A model generated the notes under the pieces. The model saw nothing but the letters and a program-made list of their open reading frames with translations, had not been told where the DNA came from and searched no databases. From Acidimicrobiia bacterium (GTDB lineage Bacteria; Actinomycetota; Acidimicrobiia; Spongiisociales; ZC4RG35), in contig JBGTFH010000048.1 in NCBI GenBank assembly GCA_041747375.1, positions 240 to 64,239 of the forward strand: a stretch of 64,000 bases of DNA, in the 5' to 3' direction. Numbering within the stretch: position 1 is the first letter of the stretch; every line of letters begins with the position of its first letter. The position numbers were made by a program, and so were the translations under genes. Of the stretch, positions 56,382 through 64,000 are shown in pieces.

Positions 56382-57487
56382 AGGACCTCCGTAAAAGTGG
56401 AGTTTCCTAATTTTCGTCGCCGAATGGCCTCACCTTGACGCCTTTGCAGCGCCCACTGGAATACTTCGAGATGTCTTCGTGCCACCTGGTCGAACGAGCT
56501 GACTCGGTTGTTTCCGAGGGGCTCGGAGGATCTTCCTCGTCTGGCCGCGTCGAGAATGCCCCGACACCAGACTTCCTCGTCTCCGTCGACCAGAGTGACA
56601 CCGGTGCCGGCGGCATTGCGCACTCCCGGTGCGTCCGAGGCAACCACCGGTATCCCACAGGAGAGTGCCTCCAGGATCGCATTTGGCAACCCTTCGGTTT
56701 CGGACGTCATCAGGAAAACATCGGCGCCCCTGAGCATGTCCGCGAGCTCCGGCCGCTCCGAAACATGGCCGATGAACCTCACCGGCAGTCCATTCGCCAG
56801 ATCTTCGAGGTGGCGACGCTCCGGGCCATCGCCAACCACAAATAGTTCGGCGTCTCTCGACCGGGTCAGCCTTCTCAGGATCTCAATTGCAAAATCCAGA
56901 CGCTTGCTGGCAACCAGTCGACTAGCGGTGATCAATCGTATCGGACCGGAGTTTGGCTTTACCGGCGCTGGAAAGAAGATGCCAGGGTCGATGCCGTTGC
57001 CCACCTCGAAGACCCGTGGGTCGGCGGCCTCGATCCGGTGGGAGGTTCGGATGAATTCGGCCACATCCGTAGAATTGCCGATATATGCATCTGTGCGGGG
57101 TCGCAGGAGTCGATCGGCCAGTCGACGGGTTTCGCCGCGGTGGGGGTCGACACCCCTCTCCGAGACCACGATCGCAGGGCGGTCGGCGCCCAACGTGGTC
57201 AGCCTTGCGAATGCATTGGCGCCGGACAGTGAGGAGTGGACAACATCGGTGTGGTCTGCCAGCTGTCTGAATCGGTACGCCCGACGGAGATCGAGTCGTG
57301 TGCGGCCGGGAATCGTGACCACGGGGATCCCGGCCATCTTCAATTCGTCGGCCAATGGCCAATCTCCCGAGAGGGTGCAAAGGGTGGCGTTCCAGTATCT
57401 CCGGTGGGCCGCCTTGAGCATGCCCACCATCTGGTTCTCGGTGCCACCCGACGCCATCCGGGTCATTACATGCAAGACGTCGATCAT
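56378..57487 (-). CDS. GT4 glycosyltransferase
   Basis: GGTENQ, NGID, VGDGPER, SETEGLPNAILEA. Confidence 0.92.
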   Translation of the reverse strand: MIDVLHVMTRMASGGTENQMVGMLKAAHRRYWNATLCTLSGDWPLADELKMAGIPVVTIPGRTRLDLRRAYRFRQLADHTDVVHSSLSGANAFARLTTLGADRPAIVVSERGVDPHRGETRRLADRLLRPRTDAYIGNSTDVAEFIRTSHRIEAADPRVFEVGNGIDPGIFFPAPVKPNSGPIRLITASRLVASKRLDFAIEILRRLTRSRDAELFVVGDGPERRHLEDLANGLPVRFIGHVSERPELADMLRGADVFLMTSETEGLPNAILEALSCGIPVVASDAPGVRNAAGTGVTLVDGDEEVWCRGILDAARRGRSSEPLGNNRVSSFDQVARRHLEVFQWALQRRQGEAIRRRKLGNSTFTEVL

Positions 57488-57518
57488 TCCGGCACCTCGA
57501 ACCCGGGCTCGGCCATGC

Positions 57519-58628
57519 TCAGGAGGCCAGTCTCATGTACAACGCCTCGGTGGCGTCGGCCACCGCATCCCAGGAATACCGACTCATGATTTCCTCCCCG
57601 GCGGCCCCGGCGGCCGTGCGCTCGGTGTCGGCATTGGCGCTGGCCTCGGTCAAGGTGCTGGCAAGAGCAGCGACATCGCCGGCCGGATAGAGCCTTCCAC
57701 CGGGACGCGACCGGGGCAAGACCTCACGGTGTGCCGGAATGTCGCTCAACACTAGGGGGAGGCCGTGCGCCGCTGCTTCGAGGACTGTGAGTGGGAGACC
57801 CTCCAGCAAGGAGGGCTGCACATAGAGTCGAGCATTGGCGAATACCGCCGCCAGGTCCTCGCCGTAGACATAGCCTGGCATCACCACGCGCGGATCTTCG
57901 TGAGCCAGCGTTTTCAACTCGATCTCATATTCATCGGTGAAACTCGATCCGCCCACAATCACCAGCCTGTCGGAGATGGTGGTGCTCGCATACGCCCTGA
58001 TCAGTTGATCGACACCTTTCTCGGGGATCAGCCGTCCCACGAATAGGGTGTACTTTCCGGGCCGGAGCCCGAGGTCCCTGAGAACGGAAGCGTCTTGGGG
58101 CCTGGTGACCGCGACCCCGTTTGGAATGTGTTCGGTTACGCCTCTCCGCATTCCGTAGTGGTCGAGGAGATATCCGCCCACAACCACGACGGCGTCGGGC
58201 GCCCTTTTGCTGATCCAGTCGCCTATCTGCAACACCGACGCGGCCGCACGGCCCCATTTCGCCCTGTCCTGATCGAGTCCATGGATCGTCTGGACCACGC
58301 CGGCCCTGGAGAGGAACCGGGGGATAGGTGACCACAAACCGGGGCCGACCGCGTGATAGTGGACGATGTCGAACTTGCGACCCAGGGTGTGTAGCGAGGC
58401 GAGGCCACTGTGCACAGCCGCTTCGAGGTGCTTGGACCGGATCGTCGGGAGGTATGCCAGGCGTACCCCCCGATAATCCGCTGTTTTTGTGTCCGAGTAG
58501 TTGCGTCTGCAATACACGACGACCTCGTGGCCGCGCTCGGCAAGTCGAACACTTACTTCCTCAACGTGCCGCTCGACACCACCGTAGGTGGCGGGCAGGC
58601 CGCGTTGGCCGATCATGGCAATTCGCAT
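57519..58628 (-). CDS. GT4 glycosyltransferase
   Basis: MRIAMIGQRGLPATYGGVE, FVGRLIPEKG, EGLPLTVLEA. Confidence 0.93.
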   Translation of the reverse strand: MRIAMIGQRGLPATYGGVERHVEEVSVRLAERGHEVVVYCRRNYSDTKTADYRGVRLAYLPTIRSKHLEAAVHSGLASLHTLGRKFDIVHYHAVGPGLWSPIPRFLSRAGVVQTIHGLDQDRAKWGRAAASVLQIGDWISKRAPDAVVVVGGYLLDHYGMRRGVTEHIPNGVAVTRPQDASVLRDLGLRPGKYTLFVGRLIPEKGVDQLIRAYASTTISDRLVIVGGSSFTDEYEIELKTLAHEDPRVVMPGYVYGEDLAAVFANARLYVQPSLLEGLPLTVLEAAAHGLPLVLSDIPAHREVLPRSRPGGRLYPAGDVAALASTLTEASANADTERTAAGAAGEEIMSRYSWDAVADATEALYMRLAS

Positions 58629-58656
58629 GGTGTGGGGTTTCCCGGGTGACGGAACG

Positions 58657-59238
58657 TCAGGGAAGGATTACCTCACAGTTGCGGAATACGGTGTCCGAGC
58701 CTTCGTCATAGCAGGTGTCAAACCCGGCGCCGCCGTTGAGGACATCAGTACCTGTGCCACCGACGAGCGTGTCATCACCGTCGCCCGCAAGCAGGGTGTC
58801 GTCTCCCTGTGCACCACGCAGGACGTCGTTCCCGGGCCCACCGGTCAACTTGTCTGTGCCCTTTCCACCCTGGAGGCTGTCGTCGCCGTTGTTGCCTTCG
58901 AGGACATCGTCGCCTGAGCCACCCTCCAGATCATCGTTCCCGGCACCACCGTTGATCACGTCGTCACCGGCGCTATGGACGACTTTGTCATCTCCATTGT
59001 CGCCACAGATGACGTCATTGCCACCGAGTGGTGTCACCAGGTCGTTGCCGTCGCGGGCGTTGATGACGTCATTGCCTTCGGTGCCGGTGATTGAGTCGTC
59101 GCCGTTGCTGCCTACAGCCTGGGTTACTGGTTGGCCTTTGCATTCCTGTGGGGCATCGCCTACGGCGACACCCGATGAGACGAGGAGGGTAAGCCCTCCG
59201 AGAACGAGAATCGTTGTGATTCGTTTGCGGGTAAACAT
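58657..59238 (-). CDS. Secreted RTX/hemolysin-type calcium-binding repeat protein
   Basis: Signal peptide, tandem GGxGxDx nonapeptides, terminal cysteines (DTC...NCE). Confidence 0.9.
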   Translation of the reverse strand: MFTRKRITTILVLGGLTLLVSSGVAVGDAPQECKGQPVTQAVGSNGDDSITGTEGNDVINARDGNDLVTPLGGNDVICGDNGDDKVVHSAGDDVINGGAGNDDLEGGSGDDVLEGNNGDDSLQGGKGTDKLTGGPGNDVLRGAQGDDTLLAGDGDDTLVGGTGTDVLNGGAGFDTCYDEGSDTVFRNCEVILP

Positions 59239-59376
59239 TGACGGAATCCTCCTTACGAAGCTCCCAGCAACGTCCCACTTTTATTTCCGGGGCGATTTGC
59301 ACCGCGGATGCAGGATGGACAATACGACAACTACGCGGTGTGGTCAAGCGCTACACTGCGTGATTGGTGCTTTCCC

Positions 59377-60408
59377 ATGAATAATCTTCCTTCACCCGAC
59401 CCATCCGAACGTCCTGCTGAACAAGGCCGCGGGATGAATCCGGGCCAATTACTCAGGGACCCCCGCTCGATTCCCGCAGGGGAATTGCAGGGGATGTCTC
59501 GAATTGCAGTCGTGGCCGCCCGGAATATTTACTGGGGCCGTACCCATGGGTGGGCCAATCTCCTCGAAGAACACGACTTGAATCTCGTTGAACGGATACC
59601 AAGAGATATGAGGAAATGGGCATGGCGGCGGCGACACGCCTCTGACCTGATGCCGGCGATCCCGGTCTTCCTGTGCGGGGCGCAACGATCGGGAACCAAC
59701 ATGGTGACTCACGGTTTATCGAGGTCGCCTGAGTTCAGGGTCTACAACGAGGGCAACCGGCGCGCATTCAACAACTATCGCCTTCTCGACCTCGACCGCA
59801 TCGAGGAATTGACTGAAGAGAGCGGCCACCGCTTTGTCCTGTTCAAACCGTTGACAGACAGTCACCGGCTTCCCGAAATTCTCGATGGTCTCAGTTCCGG
59901 ATCGACACCCAAAGCAATCTGGGTCTATCGGGAGGTCGCCGGTCGCACACGATCGGCGCTGGCAAAGTTCGGCGACTCGAATGCGCGGGTGTTGCGGCGG
60001 CAGGCCCTCGACCCCGCCTTCAGCCACTGGCAGCTCGGCGAAAACCGGCCGAGCGAGACTCTGATGATGGTTCTTCGTGATTTCGAAATGGAAAGCCTCT
60101 CGCCAGCAGATGGATCGGCCCTGTTCTGGTTGATTCGAAATAGTCTCTTCTTCGAACTCAACCTCCACGAGCGCGACGACGTCCTCCTGGTGTCCTACGA
60201 ACGTTTCGTCGCCTCTCCCGAGCCGGCGATGCGCTCGATATGCGACTTTCTCGACCTCCAATACCAAACAGGATTGATTGGCCACGTCGAGCTCCGGCGG
60301 CCCCCGGTGGTGGATGCCGGGATCAGCCCCCGGGTCCAGGAATTGTGTGCATCCCTGAGTGAGCGTCTCGATGCCTATCTGGAGGATCAGCGGGCTCTTT
60401 CGGCATAA
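59377..60408 (+). CDS. Sulfotransferase-family protein
   Basis: FLCGAQRSGTNM, WVYR, VSYERFVASP..ICDFL. Start approximate. Confidence 0.75.
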   Translation: MNNLPSPDPSERPAEQGRGMNPGQLLRDPRSIPAGELQGMSRIAVVAARNIYWGRTHGWANLLEEHDLNLVERIPRDMRKWAWRRRHASDLMPAIPVFLCGAQRSGTNMVTHGLSRSPEFRVYNEGNRRAFNNYRLLDLDRIEELTEESGHRFVLFKPLTDSHRLPEILDGLSSGSTPKAIWVYREVAGRTRSALAKFGDSNARVLRRQALDPAFSHWQLGENRPSETLMMVLRDFEMESLSPADGSALFWLIRNSLFFELNLHERDDVLLVSYERFVASPEPAMRSICDFLDLQYQTGLIGHVELRRPPVVDAGISPRVQELCASLSERLDAYLEDQRALSA

Positions 60409-61954
60409 AGGACCGCAACCCTCCGGGTACGAACGTCTGCGTTGACCAGTAGAGGGTCGCCATCCCGAATCCTGCCGTTGCCAATCCGGTAGCGATGAGG
60501 GCCAGCGGAGAAAGGCTCCAAACCCGCTGGGCAAATCCCAGGGTCAGGATCATCGTCAGTCCGGATATCGCAATCGCGACAAACGGCCGTTTCATCCCGT
60601 CCATGTAGCCGACACCGGTGCCGACTTGTCTCTTCGCAACATGGAATGCGTGCCAGGTGTTGACTATTTGAGCCAGGCCGTAGGCGATCGGGACTATGAG
60701 GATCTTCAACGGCCACTCCCATAGAGCCGCGAATACGGCGAGGAACGCCAGGTTCGCCAGTGCGCCATAGACGGTGTTGCGGAGGTAGGGGGAGGTGTCG
60801 AGTCTCGCGAAGGTCACCGCAAGCAGGATCCGTTGAGTTCCTGCTGTGGGCAGGCTGGCACTGTAGACGGCGACAACTATCCCCAGAATCGCCGCCTGGT
60901 CAGCACTGAGATCGCCCAAGGCAAACAGACCCGAGACGAATGGGGGCGCTGCAATCGCGACAAGCAAAGCGAGGCTTGTCGATACGAATAGGAGCAGGCG
61001 GAATCCATCTCTGAGAAGGGCCCGGACGCCCTTTTCGTCTCGTAGCGCCTGGAGTTTGCTCATCGGTACGAGAAAGGCTGTGACGATCGGTTTGAAGAAG
61101 AGGGTTCCGCCGATTGCGCTTATCAGCCGATTGGCATAGGTGAGGATAGTGATTGACCCTGGTGCGAGAAATGACGCCACCATCTGCTCAGCGATACGGG
61201 TACCCAGTTGAATGCCGGAGGCTGCCAGTGGTCGTAGCGACCTGCCACCCAGGGCCCGGACGTCGCTGTCGGCCCTGAACTGCCATCGGAATCGGAACCC
61301 CTGGGATCGGGCGAGGAAAAGGGCCACCAGCAATTGGAGTCCCGAGCCCAGCAGGTACGCCCAGACCACCAGACCGACCTCGACTTCTCCTGGCGCGACG
61401 AGGAGAACCGTCACGATCGTGAGTCCGAGGACGGCCTGCAGCGCCGAGGCCAGTCCGTGGCGCCGGGCAGCATGGCGATAAGCACGCAACACCTGCGACA
61501 TTGCCGCGGGTGGAATCATCAGGAAGGCAATTCGGGACAGGCTCGCTGCGAGGTCATGGGTCTCCGGGCCGAGGCCTGGCGCCATGACTCTGACCAGACC
61601 TGGAGAGAGGGCAACTCCAAGCACGGCGAGAACGGAGCCAAAGGCCATCGTGGCGACCAGAACACTGGAGGTTTTGGAGTTGACGGTCTCTCTATCGTCG
61701 ACCTCGAACCATTTCGTGATCGCCGGAACGAGAACCTGGATGGCCGTCGGCGGAAAAAAGACCGCTACGCCAATCGGGATCCGGAGGGCGACGAATAGGG
61801 CATCGGTATTTCGGCCGGCGCCAAGGAGGATCGCCAACGTGAGGTCGAGGGCAAGCCCGGTGACCAGGGCCGCCATCGCTCCGGCGCTCCCGGCCCGACT
61901 GTCGCGGAGAAGGCGGGTGGCCGGTGACTTCTTCCCCATCTCAACCTCTGTCAT
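60323..61954 (-). CDS. MurJ/MviN-like (MOP) flippase, probably for polysaccharide repeat units
   Basis: About 14 TM segments; TDALFVALRIP and ASFLAPGSITILTYANRL motifs. Confidence 0.8.
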   Translation of the reverse strand: MTEVEMGKKSPATRLLRDSRAGSAGAMAALVTGLALDLTLAILLGAGRNTDALFVALRIPIGVAVFFPPTAIQVLVPAITKWFEVDDRETVNSKTSSVLVATMAFGSVLAVLGVALSPGLVRVMAPGLGPETHDLAASLSRIAFLMIPPAAMSQVLRAYRHAARRHGLASALQAVLGLTIVTVLLVAPGEVEVGLVVWAYLLGSGLQLLVALFLARSQGFRFRWQFRADSDVRALGGRSLRPLAASGIQLGTRIAEQMVASFLAPGSITILTYANRLISAIGGTLFFKPIVTAFLVPMSKLQALRDEKGVRALLRDGFRLLLFVSTSLALLVAIAAPPFVSGLFALGDLSADQAAILGIVVAVYSASLPTAGTQRILLAVTFARLDTSPYLRNTVYGALANLAFLAVFAALWEWPLKILIVPIAYGLAQIVNTWHAFHVAKRQVGTGVGYMDGMKRPFVAIAISGLTMILTLGFAQRVWSLSPLALIATGLATAGFGMATLYWSTQTFVPGGLRSFMPKEPADPPDRHRDAHSGMHTIPGPGG

Positions 61955-62882
61955 AGCCGTAGCGCCTCATGACCGGGCCGGCGAGGGCGCGGACCGTGAA
62001 CTCGTCTCCGCGTCCGAGGCCTGAGCGCCACCGTTGGTCGGGCTTGATCAGAACCGGTCCGTGGTCCATTCGCACCGGGTTGCCTGAGATGGTGTGGGCA
62101 GGAGCGATGTGGGCGACGGTTCCGTCTACATGGGAAGGTTCGGCAGAAATCTCCGGGACCAGTTGCTCCCGGATCGTCTGAATCGTCGGGCCTGGATTGG
62201 ACGCGAACGTCTCGTAGCGAATCCGCAGCACCGGGATATCGGGTCTTTTCATCCATAGACGATCGGCTAGTCCGTTCCACCATCTCCATAGAAATGCACT
62301 CTTTTGGACGCCCAGGCGATCCATCTCCTCGCCGAAACCCCGATCCGGCGAGGATTTCGGATTGAGCCATGAATATGCCGTCGCCCTGGGATCGCGCACC
62401 AGGTGGAGGACTCTCAGATCGATCGAGGGCAGCAATGAGAGCAATGCTCCGTATGTGGGCGTCTTCGAGCTATCCACGATGACACTCGCGCCTGAGACCC
62501 GGGCCACGGCCCGATACAACCGATCCACCGCGTCAAAGTACGTTCGGTGGGTCGCGTAAATGCCATCGGGCTCGACGATCCATCTGATCCACAGACCGCT
62601 CTTCCTCAACCGCAGCAGTTCCCGCTCCGAAGCCCGGATCTGGTCGAGATCCAGGGATGACGGTTTGCCGAACGCCTCGTCCAGCACCGCAGACCAGAAG
62701 GAGCACTCTCCGAAGCTATCGCCACACCCGCATTGCCAATCGAACTGCATACCCCGGGTCCAGACGTGTCGTGTTTCCCCGATCGAGACGGTGCTAGAAC
62801 TGGAACCGAGGATGTTCCCAACGAGGGTGCTCCCGGTACGCCCGGTCCCGGCAACATAGAGAACTGGGGTCCGGTCGGGCAA
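61941..62882 (-). CDS. Sulfotransferase (with CxC..C insert)
   Basis: YVAGTGRTGST, CGCG..F.EC.FW, VDSSK, HLVRDPRATAYSW, RYE. Probable start is TTG 62882. Confidence 0.88.
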   Translation of the reverse strand: MPDRTPVLYVAGTGRTGSTLVGNILGSSSSTVSIGETRHVWTRGMQFDWQCGCGDSFGECSFWSAVLDEAFGKPSSLDLDQIRASERELLRLRKSGLWIRWIVEPDGIYATHRTYFDAVDRLYRAVARVSGASVIVDSSKTPTYGALLSLLPSIDLRVLHLVRDPRATAYSWLNPKSSPDRGFGEEMDRLGVQKSAFLWRWWNGLADRLWMKRPDIPVLRIRYETFASNPGPTIQTIREQLVPEISAEPSHVDGTVAHIAPAHTISGNPVRMDHGPVLIKPDQRWRSGLGRGDEFTVRALAGPVMRRYGYDRG

Positions 62883-62883
62883 T

Positions 62884-63999
62884 CTACGACCTCCCCGAAA
62901 CCGGTTCTGGCCTTGAGATGACGATTCTCCGCCCCCGCTCGTGGATGACGGTGGCGGCAACACCAATGGCGAGGACGTACCACAGCAAGATCAGCTGGGT
63001 CATGAGGTTTCCGGTGAAGCTAGCGGCGAGGTAGGCGGCAAAAATGGCGGCGAATCCTTCCACCATCGCCCGGCTTCGGCCCGCAGGCCCGGGGAGTCTC
63101 CGGGTCATTTGCAACGATCTGGCGATCCTGCGTCCGATGACGATGAGAAGACCGAGATATGCCACCAACCCGACTATCCCGACCTCGACGTAGGCTCGGA
63201 CGAAGTCGTTGTGGGGCTCGCGGCCCTCGTCCGTAAGATCGCCAACCAATCCAAGGCCGAGACCGGTGACACGGGATCCATCCCCTACTTCGATCACCTC
63301 CTGCCAGTAGTCGAGACGCCAAGAGAGAGAGTCGCCGGCAGTGCCACGAATCGTCGATGCCTCTCCGACGTCGGCGAGGCGATCACCGACACCCGGAAAC
63401 AGCAGCGCCGCACCGATGGCGATGGCGGCGATGCCGATTAGCGCCGTCCTCCGCCCCACGATGGCCAGGACTGCCAGCCCGGCGATGAATGCGACATAGC
63501 TGGTTCTCGAATAGGTAGCGAGGAGGCTGACGGAGACGCCGAACAGGAGGAGCCCGGTGAAAATGCGGGGCCAGGATCTCAAGGTAGGCAGTAATGCCGT
63601 GAGCATCAGACCGATCACAGCCAGATAGAAGCCATAGGTGTTCGGATGTGAGAAGGATCCTTCGACGCGAACGAGACCGTCAACGGCATCAGGGCTACGG
63701 GTCAGGAACTGCCAGAGCCCCATCCCGATCGGTACCAGAGTCGACGCGCCCACGGCGATGAGCAACCGACGCACTGACCTTTCGTCGACGATGACATTTT
63801 CCAGTACCAGCACAAAGACAGTGAGGAAGAGCCACCTCGAAGCCCCGGTAAGGGCCTGGGCTCGATCCTGCGAGGCCAGGGCGCTTATCAAGGACGCCAT
63901 TGTGAAAATCGCCACCCAGACTGAAATCGCGGAGATTCGCAGTCGACCATGGGCCCGGCGTGAGACCAACCAGATGGCCGCCATGAGCGTGTAAGCGCC
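62884..63999 (-). CDS. O-antigen ligase/Wzy polymerase family protein; 5' end outside the window
   Basis: RVEGSFSHPN, TYSRTS, SLSWR..W, GLGLG, PHNDFV..VE.G..G. Confidence 0.88.
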   Translation of the reverse strand, partial: GAYTLMAAIWLVSRRAHGRLRISAISVWVAIFTMASLISALASQDRAQALTGASRWLFLTVFVLVLENVIVDERSVRRLLIAVGASTLVPIGMGLWQFLTRSPDAVDGLVRVEGSFSHPNTYGFYLAVIGLMLTALLPTLRSWPRIFTGLLLFGVSVSLLATYSRTSYVAFIAGLAVLAIVGRRTALIGIAAIAIGAALLFPGVGDRLADVGEASTIRGTAGDSLSWRLDYWQEVIEVGDGSRVTGLGLGLVGDLTDEGREPHNDFVRAYVEVGIVGLVAYLGLLIVIGRRIARSLQMTRRLPGPAGRSRAMVEGFAAIFAAYLAASFTGNLMTQLILLWYVLAIGVAATVIHERGRRIVISRPEPVSGRS

Positions 64000-64000
64000 G

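Noticed and set aside
58700-59110. 27-bp periodic repeats resembling an array
   Set aside because: They are codons of RTX nonapeptides inside a CDS, with no unique spacers; not CRISPR.

Overview
GC-rich (roughly 60-63% by eye) actinobacterial DNA. Gene content, frequent leaderless TANNNT-N6/7-start genes, the F420-type oxidoreductase and the DUF222 gene fit Acidimicrobiia/Actinomycetota (inference). About 60 densely packed CDSs; no rRNA, tRNA, CRISPR array or classical IS/transposase was seen. Main blocks: (1) a P1B-type ATPase cut by the left edge, then an AraC-VOC-DUF1801-UvrA2-YdeI stress/resistance operon; (2) a convergent low-oxygen module, SQR-TusE-DsrE2 facing PFOR(nifJ) plus a DHOD-like gene, each promoter carrying a DosR/DevR-like box at about -43; (3) a DUF222-HNH gene under a LexA box, with a sharp internal GT-to-AC skew flip; (4) MBOAT/SGNH/FGE genes, an MMPL transporter with a two-component system, a stand-alone DnaB-C ATPase, and a two-microprotein/dehydratase operon behind a complex operator; (5) a sugar locus (XylFGH-type ABC transporter, LacI with three perfect operators, PfkB kinase, L-GAP-reductase-type AKR, SorC regulator) ending in a fused ThDP E1alpha-beta enzyme with no E2/E3; (6) a Wzx/Wzy-type polysaccharide cluster with three sulfotransferases and an RTX Ca-binding protein, cut by the right edge. 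The best candidates for undescribed biology are the ThDP-E1 sugar pathway, the sulfated glycan cluster, and the DosR-like sulfur/PFOR module. All functional calls come from motif recognition, not database searches.
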